Shown: piece after piece, positions 38,709-52,429 of the stretch | How the letters are laid out: every line of letters starts with the position of its first letter | Position numbering within the stretch: position 1 is the first letter of the stretch | Assembly (NCBI RefSeq): GCF_009914755.1 | Contig: NC_060927.1 | Direction: 5' to 3' (one strand) | Length of the DNA stretch: 64,000 bases | From: the human T2T-CHM13v2.0 reference genome, Homo sapiens | Translations under genes and position numbers: made by a program | Notes under the pieces: generated by a model | Told to the model about the DNA's origin: nothing | The model's database searches: none | Seen by the model: only the letters and a program-made list of their open reading frames with translations

Positions 38709-41700
38709 TACTTACAGGAAACACTTGATAGATAATTGCTAAATGAATGAAGAATAAAACATATAATAACACACCAATGAGAGTTAACTTTATTAATGCC
38801 ATACTTATTCTACTGCCCCATTCCTCACTATTTCCCAGGAAATATTTTTTTTAAACTAAAATACATACCTACCATTTTAACTCTATGCAATAACAGAAAT
38901 TAATATCCTATTTATTGTTACTCAAAGGAAGTGTTGATTTTAAGAACATCTTTTTGTTGCCCTATTTCTCAACTTAAATTCAGGGACATTTCAATATGTT
39001 TATGCCATTAGTATCCTCTATACCAGAGATTGTGTTAAAATTCATGCTGGAGGTCTCACCTTTTCTTCTGTCATATCACTTGCCTCCTGAGATGGATCTC
39101 ACCCCACCCAGAGGTGGGAAGTCGTTAGTTCTGATGTAGCCTGAGACCAAAAAAGATGTGTCATTTTCCTTTAAAGAATAAATTGAAATGTGAAAGTTAG
39201 TAAGAGATGAAGTTTCAGCATTTTAGCTCTTGGCATTAGCAAAATTTTTATATCTGAGAGCACAGAAAACAGATCATTTAGTCAGGCCTAGAAGAATGAA
39301 ATTATGAAACCTCAGAACACAGTAGCTTTGTCTAGAAGAGTAGAATACATGAATTTATCTTTCCTCTGAAAATACACTTAAAATAGTTGAATCAAGACTA
39401 ACCATGTCCTTAGTTTGAGTTTCCCATCTTTGGCCTGCTGTAACTCATCTTTCAAAAAATATTTTCTGAACATCTTTACTATTAATTCATTGCTTGTATA
39501 ATTGGCTACAAAAATTTCCTTCAAAACACTTGATTTTTAATTAAACAGTTTTTTTTTAAATTGGAGATCTATTTTTTTTTTCCTTTGGCACACCATACAG
39601 ATACTTGCCTTGACATATGGGAAGAGATTGCTGCCTTTGGAGGTACCTAATTTTCCTATAAGTCACCAGTAGAAAAATCAAAGTTACCCTAAGAAATCTC
39701 ATTAAGCCCAGTGATAAACTCCCATTTTTCTAGTTAATCTTTTCCAAAGTCAAAATCACCACAATAAAAAATGCAAAATGAAGCAAATTATGGAAGATGA
39801 ATATGAAATAGCTACTTATACTAAAATATAGATTAAAAATCAAGAATTCAGAAGTGTTTCTTCTGATTGACACAATGTTGCTCTCATATCTGTCCACCAA
39901 TAAGTCTTAAAAAAGGAACAGCTAAATATTGAGGTAAATTGAGTGGTCTAGGCAATTTCCCAAGCATTTAATGAGAATCAAAGCCTTTTGATCCTACATG
40001 TGAAAATTATTAATACATTGAGATAGCTTCAAATTCCTTGAGAATTCTTATTACTTAAAAAAACTGTATTTAAAATACATTATTTCTTTGGATTCAGATT
40101 GAATAAGCAGTGCTATAAGGGAATTTTTAGATAATAAGTGGAAAATGTATCAGGGAAGGCATATAATTTGAAATGTACATCTTATCATCAAAGCTATCTT
40201 ACAACTGAGGAATATTTTCTTCCTTTGCTTTTTCATTCAAAGCCAAATAATTTCTCTTGGTAATAACTACTGTATAAAAATTATGGTGTGAAAACAAAGA
40301 AGGTAAAAGCAACCCTAGAATGAACCTAGGAATATTTTTTCTATTTTTCTGAGTTTCTCTTTATTTCCTTGTGATTTACTATAACCCATATTAAAAATAT
40401 ACATAATTCTTGCTTTTTCTTTAATCTTGAGAGGGAAAAAAATAATGCAAATATTCTGATTTATTTATTTTTTGTTACTTTATTATTTTTTTATCTCCTA
40501 AGTACTTTATTCTTGTCTTCCTTTCAAACAATTTAGTCAAAATAATTGTTTCTGTACATGCTACAGTATTGAAGATTTGACATTAATGTGACAAATTATC
40601 CCTGGGGGAGCCTACCTGTCTTCGGTACATTGTTCTAGGATCTTACATTTACCTTTATGACTTTTGCAGTATTTTATTTTAAATCCCCCTTTCCCTCACT
40701 AGTATACTGGTGAGGCAATAAGGAGCAAAGTACTATTTACATTTAAAAGAGAGAAAATTGAGACTGAAAAACTTTCCAAGGTCACTCAGGTAAGGCCTGA
40801 GAGACACTGGAGAGTTGCAGCAAATACCTGGTAGAGAACACTTGGATTCATAGCACACTCATCATTAGAAAGTGAATGCACTGCCTTTGAGTGTGGAAAA
40901 GCAAGGAGACTTGTTAGAAAACATGCAGTTTCATAAATGAGCCAGCAACACGCCTTTGCCCAAAGAGACACCTGGAATTAATTGCTGCTCTCTTAGGAGA
41001 TCAATAGAACACATGTCAGAGGGTTGGATCCTGTAGAAGTCACCCAGGCACAAGACTTTCATGTTGGCAAAAGCAGCACCTCACAGATAGATCTTTTAAT
41101 TACCTAAACATCAGGAGCAAGCTGTCACCTTGTTGATGAAAGCTGTTATTTGGTGTCTGAGTACTTAGTGTTTGTACCTTCAGTGGACTTAAAATAAATC
41201 AAAGGTTTGAAAATATGAGGAAGAAAACTCGGTGCTTAGCTAAACTCCTCACATCAAAGCCTTCCTGTCTCAAAATTAACTAGGAGTAATTTCTTTCTCT
41301 TTTATTTCCTTTTATCCTTCCTTTCTTCATTCCTTTCTTGTTTTTATTTTTCCTACCAATGGATAATTTATATTCATAATATCTCATGAACATTTAAAGA
41401 GAACAAATTTAGTTGCTGTTATTAACAAACTTTGAAACCCAAATGATAGTGTCTATTATTGGCATTTAGGAGCAACAAAAAAGTAAAGCTCAGATTCTTC
41501 CCTTGAGGAGTTTGCAAGCTACTGTGAGATGGAAGACAAATCTTGAATGATCAACTCTGCCACAGTATGAAATGGGGGCAACTTGTACTCTAGAAAGGTA
41601 CAAACTAATTGCCAGTGGAATTCAAAGAGACTGATTCCACTCAGGGATAGTGAGGCAAAGCAAAGCTTGAAGGGGGATATGCCATAAAGGGGAATATTGG

Positions 41701-42107
41701 GAGATATGTAATTTATCTTCTTTCTTCTCCCTGGTTGGTCAGAATTTGTGTCATACTACAAACCTATTTGTTTGAGAATTCCTTAAAGCAATATAGCAGT
41801 TCCTGAATAACCAGGCCAAATGAAAGTCATCTTTAGACACTAACCCAATTTTCGTTCTGCCTCATTCTGTCATTTAAGGCTTTTTGTCAGAGAAGTAAAA
41901 CACTTTAACTTCAAAAATCTCCCTAAGTTTAATCCTGGAATCTGGTCTGTATGCTTCCACATGGATTATAATAGATTTATTTTTCCCATGTCTTCTATAC
42001 ATGAAATAGAACATAAAAATTAATATGCCAGTTATTAAAAAATTTTAATAAGTGTGGTTGCTGGGAAAGAATCTTGGAAGGCCTAATAAAAAGTGTTTAT
42101 TATAGGG

Positions 42108-43108
42108 AAAAAATCTAATCATTCAATTAAAAATGGGCAAAGATCTGAATAGACATTTCCCAAAATAATACATACAATGGCAAACAGGCATATGAAAATG
42201 TGCTCAACATCATTGATCATCAGAGAAATGCAAACCAAAATCACATGAAATGTTATCTCACCCCAGTTAAGATGGCTTTTATTCAGAAGTCAGGCAATAA
42301 CAAATGCTGGTGAGGATGAAGAGAAAAGGGAACCCACATACAATGTTGGTGGGAATGTAAATTAATACAACTACTAAGAACAGTCCACAGCTTCCTCAGA
42401 AAACTAAAAATAGAGATATCATACAATCCAACAATTCTGATCCTAGGTATATAATCAAAAGAAAGGAAATCAGTATATTGAAGAGATACCTTCACTCTCT
42501 GTTTTTTTTGCAGCACTATTCACAATAGCCAAGATTTGGAAACAACCTAAGTGTCCATCAACAGATGAATGGATACAGAAAATGTGGTACATATACACAA
42601 TAAAGTACTAGTCAGCCATAAAAAAGAATGAGATCCTATCACTTGCCACAACATGGATGGAACTGGATGTCATTATGTTAAATGAAATAAGGCAGGCACA
42701 GAAAGACAAACTTCGCATGTTCTCACTAATTTTGGAGAGCTTAAAAATTAAAGTAATTGAACTAATGGAAATAGAGTAGAAGCATGGTTACCAGAGGCTG
42801 GAAACGGTAGTGGGGGTGAAGGGGGAAGTGGAGACGGTACCAAAAAAAAAATTGAAAGAATGAATACCACCTAGTATTTGCTAGCACAACAGGGTGACTA
42901 TAGTCAAAAATAATTTAATTGTACATTTTAAAATAACTAAAAGAATATAATTGGATTGTTTGTATCAAAAGATATGCTTGAGAGGATGGATAGCCCATTC
43001 ATCCTGATGTTTTTATTATGCATTGCATACCAGTACCAAAATATTTCATGTACCCCATCAATATATACACCTACTATGTACCCACAAAATTAAAAACAAA
43101 AACAAAAC
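42108..43108 (+). mobile_element. 5'-truncated LINE-1 3' end, L1MA2/3-like
   Basis: ORF2 C-terminal motifs, then a 3' UTR ending catgtaccccatcaatatatacacctactatgtacccacaaaattaaaa. Confidence 0.9.
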
Positions 43109-43167
43109 CCAAAACCCCGTTTAGATTTCGTTTATTATTCATGAATCTTTATAACATCTCTTTATCA

Positions 43168-43690
43168 TCCATTCTTTAATTTAACAAATATTCATTAAGC
43201 ACAGGTTTGCACCAGGCAGTGTTCTAGGAACTCAGCAGTATGGCAGCAAATAAGACATAAAAGGTCTTTATTGTTATAAACTATATAGTATTTTATAACC
43301 AAATAATATATTCAATTGAAAAAATGTATAACCCAATATCATTAAGTGTTATGAATGAAACAAAGTGATGCTATCAGAAATGGCCCCAGGTAAGCCTCAC
43401 ATTTGATGTAGTCATGGAGGAAGATGTCACTAAAGAGATTAAATGTAGTTGAGACCCACAGTGTGAGAAGGAACCTGTTCTGTGAAGAGCTGGAGATGGG
43501 AGAGTGTTCAAATAATAGAGTAGCAAGTGCCAAATTAGAAACGCAGCAACTCCCTCTGAAACTCTGTGGCTGGAATATAGTAAGGGTAAAATAAAGCAAA
43601 GACCATGTCATGCAGAGCCTAATAGGGCACACTCAATGGTTTGGATTTTTCTTCTTGCGATGGGAAACCAGCAGAATGAGATCATTTACT
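43168..43690 (-). mobile_element. LINE-2 3' fragment
   Basis: ttaacaaatattcattaagcacaggtttgcaccaggcagtgttctagg and gaccatgtcatgcagagcct...tttggatttt. Confidence 0.75.
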
Positions 43691-43699
43691 TTATTGTTC

Positions 43700-45393
43700 T
43701 TTAAATTTCATTTTTCCATATGTTATTGGAGTATAGGCGGTATTTGGTTACATGAATATGTTCTTTAGTGGAGATTTGTGAGATCCTGGTGCACCCATCA
43801 CCCGAGCAGTGTACACTGAACCGTATTTGTAGTCTTTTATCCCTCTCCCTCCTCCCACTCTTTTCCCCAAGTCCCCAAAGTCAGTTGTATCATTCTTATG
43901 CCTTTGCGTCCTCATAGCTTAGCTCCCACATATCAATGAGAATATACAATGGTTAGTTTTCCATTCCTGAGTTACTTCACTTAGAATAATAATCTCTAAT
44001 CTCATCCAGATCATTGCAAATGCTGTTAATTCATTCACTTTTATGGCTGAGTAGTATTCCATCATATATATATGATATATATATGATATATATGCTAGAT
44101 ATACTGGATATATATACATATATATGATATATACTGGATATATATACATATATATGATATATACTGATATATATACATATACATGATATATACTGGATAT
44201 ATATCCATATATATGATATATATACATATATGATATACTGGATATATATGGATCATATATATATCATATATATGATATATATACTGGATATATATGATAT
44301 ATATCATATATATGACATATATACTGGATATATATGATATATATCATATATATGATATATATACTGGATATATATGATATATATACTGGATATATATGAT
44401 ATATATCATATATATGATATATATACTGGATAAATATATCATATATATCATATATATGATATATCATATATATCATATATAGATATATCATATATATCAT
44501 ATATATCATATATAGATATATCATATATATCATATATATCATATATATGGATATATATGATATATATATATCCAGTATATATATATGGATATATATATCC
44601 AGTATATATCATATACTGAATATATATGATATATATCATATATATGATATATATACTGGATATATATATGATATATATACTGGATATATATATATCATAT
44701 ATATACTGGATATATATATGATATATATATACTGGATATATATATGATATATATATATACTGGATATATATATGATATATATACTGGATATATATATCAT
44801 ATATATATACTGGATATATATATGATATATATATACTGGATATATATATGATATATATATACTGGATATATATATGATATATATATACTGGATATATATA
44901 TGATATATATATATACTGGATATATATATGATATATATATACTGGATATATATATGCTATGTATATACTGGATATATATATGATATGTATATACTGGATA
45001 TATATATGATATGTATATACTGGATATATATATGATATGTATATACTGGATATATATATGATATGTATATACTGGATATATATATGATATATATACTGGA
45101 TATATATATGATATATATACTGGATATATATATGATATATATATACTGGATATATATATGATATATATATACTGGATATATATATGATATATATACTGGA
45201 TATATATATGATATATATACTGGATATATATATCTATATATACTGGATATATATATGATATATGATATATATGATATATGATATATGATATATATAATAT
45301 ACATGATATATATCATACATATCATATATATGATAGATATATGATATATATATCCAGTATATATAGAGATATATATATATCATATATATATAT

Positions 45394-45424
<31 letters not shown>

Positions 45425-45529
45425 AGATATCCAGTAGTGGGATTGCTGGATCAAATAGCAGTTCTTTTAGTTCTTTAAGGAATCTCCACACTGTTTTCCA
45501 TAGTGGCTGTACTAGTTTACATCCCTACC
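43700..45529 (-). mobile_element. L1PB1-like 3' end, interrupted by a large AT-rich array
   Basis: Antisense L1PB 3' UTR (ggtgcacccatcacccgagcagtgtacactg) to 44060. L1 resumes at about 45427 (atatccagtagtgggattgctggatcaaat) and ends near 45529. Confidence 0.92.
44061..45430. repeat. ~1.37-kb AT-rich VNTR; main unit ~22-28 nt, (AT)nG(AT)nACTGG
   Basis: Dozens of actggatatatat..gatatatat units with variable AT counts, inverted tccagt units and a terminal (GATA)n. Confidence 0.97.
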
Positions 45530-45540
45530 TACCCCTAGAA

Positions 45541-45620
45541 GGAAGGTTGCAGTGAGTTGAGATCACACCACTGCACTCCAGCCTGGGTGACAGAGCGAGA
45601 CACTGTCTCAAAAATAAATA
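45541..45620 (+). mobile_element. Alu right-arm 3' fragment
   Basis: ggttgcagtgagttgagatcacaccactgcactccagcctgggtgacagagcgagacactgtctcaaaa. Confidence 0.92.
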
Positions 45621-45989
45621 GACGAATATGATAAAAATAAAATAAAAATTATTTAAGAAATTAGAAAGAAATTGGTTCGTATTGGCATTAAATATATGTT
45701 AAATATAAAGTTACATACTCATATTCACTAATATTCACTAATTCATCAGGGTGATATCATAATCCCATTTTAGTATCAGCAAAATGAGGTTCAGAGGGAT
45801 TTCCTGTTTGGCTGTAACCAATAGAATTGAAGTTCAAATCCTATACCTCAAAGTTTATTTTTTTTAGAGGCCCAGGCTCCATATCATTGAGGATCTTACA
45901 ACCCAATTGAGAGGCCAACATGTACAAGAAAATTAAATAATATTTCAAAAAAGTACATAATTAACTGTATTTGGAATAAGGAATGTTAT

Positions 45990-46195
45990 ACAAAGAGTTA
46001 GGTTTTAAAGCCAGGCAGACACAGATTTGATAATAGATTTGTTACTTAATGACTTTGTGAATTTAGGCAAATCATATACTCTTTTTAAAGCTCATGTTTA
46101 TCTTATGTGTAAAACAACAAGTACTTCCCAAAGTTGTTTTAGGAGACTAAAAAACAGGTATGAGCACCTGGCAAACAACAGGTATATTAGCTTGC
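45990..46195 (+). mobile_element. MIR
   Basis: ttttaaagccaggcagac...ctttgtgaatttaggcaaatca...gtttatcttatgtgtaaaac. Confidence 0.65.
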
Positions 46196-46347
46196 TTCCC
46201 TTATTCTGCAGTCCACAGTATTAGTGATAATTAAATCCTCTAGCATTCTGTGTACAGTGAGAAGGGTCAATTAAGCTCAATAATGTTTAATATAACCTCA
46301 TTTTTACTAAATGGTTTGGGAAGAATCAATAGTGGCTGTGCATAAAG

Positions 46348-46461
46348 TGAAAAATTGGAATTTAAGGCAAAAAATTGTATCCTGTTCTGTTGTTGTAATG
46401 GAATGTAATGAAAAATTGGAATTTAAAGTAAAGATTTGTATCCTGTTTTATTGTTGTAATG
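46348..46461. repeat. Two-copy tandem duplication (53-nt core, period 61)
   Basis: 46348-46400 versus 46409-46461, 47/53 identical by manual alignment. Confidence 0.9.
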
Positions 46462-46736
46462 AGTCAGGAGAGATAAAGTTTCAATGTTCAATTCCATAAA
46501 GCCTTTTATGCTTTATTCAAACTGTCTCCTATAAGTCATTTTTAATATTCACTAACCTAAAATAACCTTTAAGAAGCATTATTTGAAAGAGATATTTTCT
46601 ATTTGAATAACTAGATTGTTTATAGTTATTAAAATAAAATATAAAATGATTAAAATTAATATAGACATTAATATTAAATTTAATTAGTAATTAATCTTAA
46701 TATAAAATATTCAATATATTTGACTAAATATATACA

Positions 46737-47056
46737 CAGCCTTCCCTTAGTATCCACAAGGGATTGGTTCTAGGACCACTCACAGACACCAAAGTCCAAG
46801 AATGCTCAAATCTTTTATATAAAATGGCATAATATTTACATATATTAATAAGTTATGCATACCCTTTCATATACTTGAAATCATCTCTAGATTACTTATA
46901 CCTATATGCTGTGTAAATAGTTGCTATACTGCCTTTTTAAAATTTGTATAATTCTTATTGATTCATTGTTATTTTAATTTTTTTTTCCCAAACATTTTCT
47001 ACCTGTAGTTGGTTGAATCCACAGATGCAGAACTCATGGGTATGAAAAGCCAACTG
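46737..47056. mobile_element. MER2 (TcMar-Tigger) MITE
   Basis: cagccttcccttagtatcc...gggattggttctaggacc...aaatcatctctagattacttata...ttggttgaatccacagatgcagaac...ccaactg followed by TA. Confidence 0.9.
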
Positions 47057-47426
47057 TATTCCACTTTGCATGAAGACATGACCTTAAGCAGATACTAAGT
47101 CTGTGTTTGATCAACAGCAGTTTACATTGGTAAATGAAACTATAAAATGGAAGAGTATTAGGTTAAAGATCGGTCTTTTTGTTTATTAATTTATTTGTTC
47201 ATTATTCATTAGCTTTTTGTTGTTTGTTTAGTAACAACTAGTTCCCCCTGTATTATCAATTCATATTCAGGTACAATTATAAAATTTCAAAATTAAATTT
47301 TATTTGTAATTACATCTTTTTTAAAGATGGCGACCTATACCGTTTTAGAGGTACATTTTTAATAGGTTAGGGGAAGAGGCATTAAATAAAAAAAGGAGTT
47401 ACAGATTCTATGTCATATAATAGCGG

Positions 47427-47628
47427 CACATGGACACAGGGAGGGGAACATCACACACCGGGTCTTGTCGGGGGTAGGGGGGATTGGGGAAGGATAGCAT
47501 TAGGAGAAATACCTAATTTAGATGATGGGTTGATGGGTGCAATAAACCACCATGGCACGTGTATATCTATGTAACAAACTTACACATTCTGCACATATAC
47601 CCCAGAACTTAAATTATAATAATAAAAA
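47427..47628 (+). mobile_element. 5'-truncated L1PA (PA7-like) 3' UTR
   Basis: cacatggacacagggaggggaacatcacacaccggg...agaacttaaattataat. TSD AAT(A/G)GC(G/A)GCACA at 47419-47430 and 47629-47640. Confidence 0.92.
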
Positions 47629-48577
47629 AATGGCAGCACAAATGTAAATAAAGCTTGCCTCCCTCCCCCACCCTCAAGACACTAACTCTGAACCTGGTGA
47701 TATTCCAAAATGAAATCATTCACACATTTTCTCTTTGGATATGTAGTAGGCAGTTCTGTGAAGTCATATGCAACATCGAAAAGATACAGCAGAAAGGCAA
47801 CTTCTATTGGGGAATTAGGCACCATTTCCACAAGTTAAAATGCTGCCTGTCTACTCAGAGGAGTAGAGGGGTAATAAGGCTGAGGACATTATTACAATGC
47901 TGCTGCATGTTGTAAAATACAGGTGAAGGTGGGATACAGAGGTACTTAGATGGTGGGGAGGTGGAAACACACAATCTGCCAGGGTAAATTATTATCTTTA
48001 TCATTTCTATCGGAACAACTATAAAACTCAGTTTTGATACTGCAGAAGAATAAAGACAACTTGCCATATTTCAAATTTTATACAGTGGTCTTTTCCTGTG
48101 TATTATAAAATGTGTTTTATCATATTTCTGAGAGTTAAAAGTATATTTTGTTTTATATTGTTTCTCTCCCTTTTGAGATTCTGGCAAGTAATATGTATTT
48201 GTGCATATGTGGGTATGTCAAGGAAATTACTATATGTGATAAATGAGAAAGGGAGGCACTTGTACCCTCCCCATTTCAACTTTACCTACTTTGGAAAAGG
48301 GCAATAGTAGAAGAGAAAAAAGATAAATTAAAGCTCACATCTACTATTAGCAGTAGTTGAAAGCAAGAGAAAGAAAATATAGTTTCTGTAGATTACCCAG
48401 CATGAAAAAAGAACTCCTATCTGCCTGCCTTCCCCCTCTTTTTTAATACCGGGTCTCTACTTCTTTCATTAGAGATTTTGGCGCAACCTGTAACCATAAC
48501 CATGACAGTTATTAAGAATCAGTGACCTCAGTCAACTGAACTGCTATTATTTTTCAAGGAACATAGTGTACTATTAA

Positions 48578-48581
<4 letters not shown>

Positions 48582-48618
<37 letters not shown>
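48582..48618. repeat. (TA)~18 microsatellite
   Basis: Seen directly in the sequence. Confidence 0.97.
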
Positions 48619-48620
<2 letters not shown>

Positions 48621-49744
48621 ACAAACATGAGTCAGCTCAATGAAAAGTGACCCCTTTTATCTTATAATTTTAAATTATTATTATCAAAGCCCATTAGTAA
48701 ACACAAATGAATTAGTAGAATTTAATAGTAGTGGCATTTGAAAGCATCCTTAATTCCTTCAGCCTTTACAGTTCCTTATTAGGTTTATATCCTGAACTAT
48801 GAACCAACCGGTACTCAGTAGGTGGGTCAGTTAATATCTTTAAGTATAACTTGCTAGAGACATCTACAGTAATAAAAGAATTATTTTCTCTATACTTCTA
48901 GAAATTTATACCCTCTTGAATATGAATTTAGGAGGGAAAATACCAGAGAGGTTTTGTGCCACGTGGACCTAAAAAACATTTTTGCCTGCCTGTACAACTA
49001 TATACTGTCATTATATTTGGTTACTTAGCCATTTACCCAGATATTCAAAAACAGTCAGTTTTGCAGGAAAACAATTTCTGATAACTACCAAACAATTTAA
49101 ATAATATGTAGATGCATACATTTAATTGTTTTGAATAAGGACTTATCAAATCTGTCTTGTCTATGTGACTCATTTGGCCACTAAAATAATACAGCTTAGT
49201 ATATATTATGCTATTACCTCAGATTGTGTTTCATTCAACTTTCTTATTTCAGTCTACAAAGTTATCTGAATATTGAAGGGAAAACTACTTGCATTTTTCT
49301 CCTTAGATCCTTTTACAGATGTTAAAAATTTCCTCAAGTTTAAATGATTTTTTTTTTTTAGCTCAGGGGTAGTTTTATTAGAAATCTCAAAATAGTCTTG
49401 TCATACACATACTTGAAAACATTATTGTTCAATATACAGATAGAAAAGAGAAACCCTGCTGCTACTCCTACTTCCTCAATTCCTACTTCCATAGCCCCCA
49501 GCAGGACTCAATGGCATATTCTGTATATGCAATCAAAAACCATTTAAGAAAGAGAGACAGCTATATGCTGTCTATCTGCAGCAAATTTTCCAAATATCCT
49601 AAACACAGGAAAGTCTCATGTGTTGAGATAAATTCAGAATTAAACACAAACCTAAAGGCTAAGAACTTAAAAAAAAAAAATCAGAGACACTTGTAAACCT
49701 CATCTCTACCCTGTGAAAGCCCCATAAACCAAACCTTATCTTAA

Positions 49745-50174
<430 letters not shown>

Positions 50175-50611
50175 TATTTAATATTTTTGCCTTTCAGTTT
50201 TCTCATGTGTAAAATGGGAATAATAATATTTATCCATAGTATTTAAATACATCAGGTTAATAATAAATGTAAAAGAATACATATACATACTTGTTGTGTC
50301 TTGCCTCTCCTTTTGTCTCTAGTTGCAGATTCTAATGCAAATTAGGCTTTTTCCTGAAAATATTATAGACCATGACATCTTCTCAGATGAATGTCTGATC
50401 CCGTTTTTCTACCCCCTGGCAGCAAGGATATGCCTGCTGCTTGCTCACAAATACAACTTTCTGACCGACACTTAACCCATCTTCAAATCTCTTCATTTCA
50501 ATTCTGATTCTTACATGTGTCTTCTTCCGATAAATTAATTTTTTAAAATTCCAAGGTCTTCATATTTGACTCAAGTCTTTCATCTACCATCATATAGATA
50601 ACAACAACCAC

Positions 50612-50850
50612 AGTAATAATAAAAATGATCTAACACTTTTAATTTGTGTAGTGCTTCAGTATTAATAAAACATTTTAACATGTAATGTCTTACTTAATCC
50701 TCAGAAAACTCATGTTATAACAGCACATATCAGTATCTCCTTCAAGAGCTGAAGAAATAAATGAACTTTGGAATGTTTTCCCAAATGGCAAAGCCAGAAT
50801 TAAACCCAGGTCCTTCTAATCCCAGAACTCTTCTGCTATGTCCTATTGCC
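50612..50850 (-). mobile_element. MIR
   Basis: aataataaaaatgatctaacactt...cttacttaatcctcagaaaac...aaagccagaattaaacccaggtccttct. Confidence 0.7.
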
Positions 50851-52136
50851 TTTTTGCAACAACAATTTTCATGTTGATGTCCATTTACTAACTTTATCTC
50901 TTAGATTTTTAGACTTACTTACATTCTAGTAGCTCCTCAAAACCTTTTATGCCTCTATATACTTCATATGCACCACATTTTCCCATTAACATTTTTAAAA
51001 AACATATAAAATAGCTTTTCATTTGGAGCACACACCATTTTCAGGAACATTATATAGAAACTCTGGGAGCTATGGGGAGCTGGAAGAAATGTTTCTGAGA
51101 TACCAACCTGTTTCCTTAAGTGGGAAGAGCTCTGTCTCTGCTGAGAATCACGTGCTTCCTGATACTGATGCATTTCTGACATCCTTATCCTCACCTGTTT
51201 TTTCTCTCCAAATATCTCTATCAAGTGTCCACCTACTTATTGCTTGTACTGAGAGCTTCGGTTGTTTCTACCCTCCCTACACATACACATACCCTCCCAT
51301 ACACATGACACAAACACTCTTTAATTAAATAAACTCCCCTCCTCTGCACACAGATTTTCCTTTCTCAGGTTCCTAAACCAGTTTTTCTTTACTTTGACCC
51401 ATTCTAGTGTTATTCATCCCGTATTCCTTGGATTTTTTGGTGAGTCTTCAATCACTAATCCTCTTCTGCAGTGAAACTTCTTTTTTAAAATGAAATCTTT
51501 CTAACCAAATAAAACGGATTGATACTCAGTCCTCATCTTCCTTGAATTCTGTTAGCCGACTCTGCTGACTATTTAAAAACATTTCTTTCTCCTTAATATT
51601 GCATTTCTTGTTTTGGTTTTATTTTTGCCATTCTCAATATCCTTTCGTGTCTTCAAAGTATTCTTCTTTCTCTTCCTTCAAATTCTGTGCACATGAAGTA
51701 CAAATTATCTTCACTTAGATGGCTTGCTCGCAATGAACTTTTAATATGTTTAAACTAGAGCACATCTTATTTGGAATTGAATCTTCTGATTTTTACCACA
51801 ATAACTGATTCCCTCTTCTACAACACAATGTTTTTCAATAGCAGTATTATTCTGGAATCCTAAATGTGAAAAGAGCTAGTTTTGATGCTTTCTTTCCTCC
51901 TAATGCCATAAGGTTACCAAGTCCTACCATTATATCTAATGCTTCCCTGGACGTCAGTTAAAGGGAGTGGCATAGCTTTCGACTGACAGGTTTTCACAGC
52001 TGCAGATCACTAAGCCCATGTGCTCCTGGGAGAAGCTCTACTTGAGCAAAACCCTGAAAGAAATGGAAAGAAGCTACAAGTTATACAACACGAAAAAGAA
52101 AAAAAAATAGATACATTTTCTGATCCAAGCATTTCT

Positions 52137-52429
52137 TTTTTTGTTTTTTTGAGACGGAGTCTCACTCTGTCACCCAGGCTGGAGGCAGTGGCACAATCTG
52201 GGCTCACTGCAACCTCCACCTCCCGGGTTCAAACAGTTCTCTGCCTCAGCCTCCCAAATACCTAGGATTACAGGCGCCTGCACCACACCCAGCTAATTTT
52301 TGTATTTTTAGTAGAGATAGGGTTTCACTATCTTGGCCAGGCTGGTCTTGAACTCCTGACCTTGTGATCCACCTGCCTTGGCCTCCCAAAGTGCTGGGAT
52401 TACAGGCATGAGCCACTACGCCCCCCAGC
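52137..52429 (-). mobile_element. AluS (Sg-like)
   Basis: Full antisense Alu with an 18-bp TSD TCTGA(T/C)CCAAGCATTTCT at 52119-52136 and 52430-52447. Confidence 0.95.

Noticed and set aside
44640-45260. Regularly spaced ACTGG repeats resembling a CRISPR array
   Set aside because: There are no unique spacers and no cas genes, and the DNA is primate. It is a VNTR.
43919-45325. Several Ile/Tyr/Met-rich ORFs
   Set aside because: These are translations of the AT tandem array.
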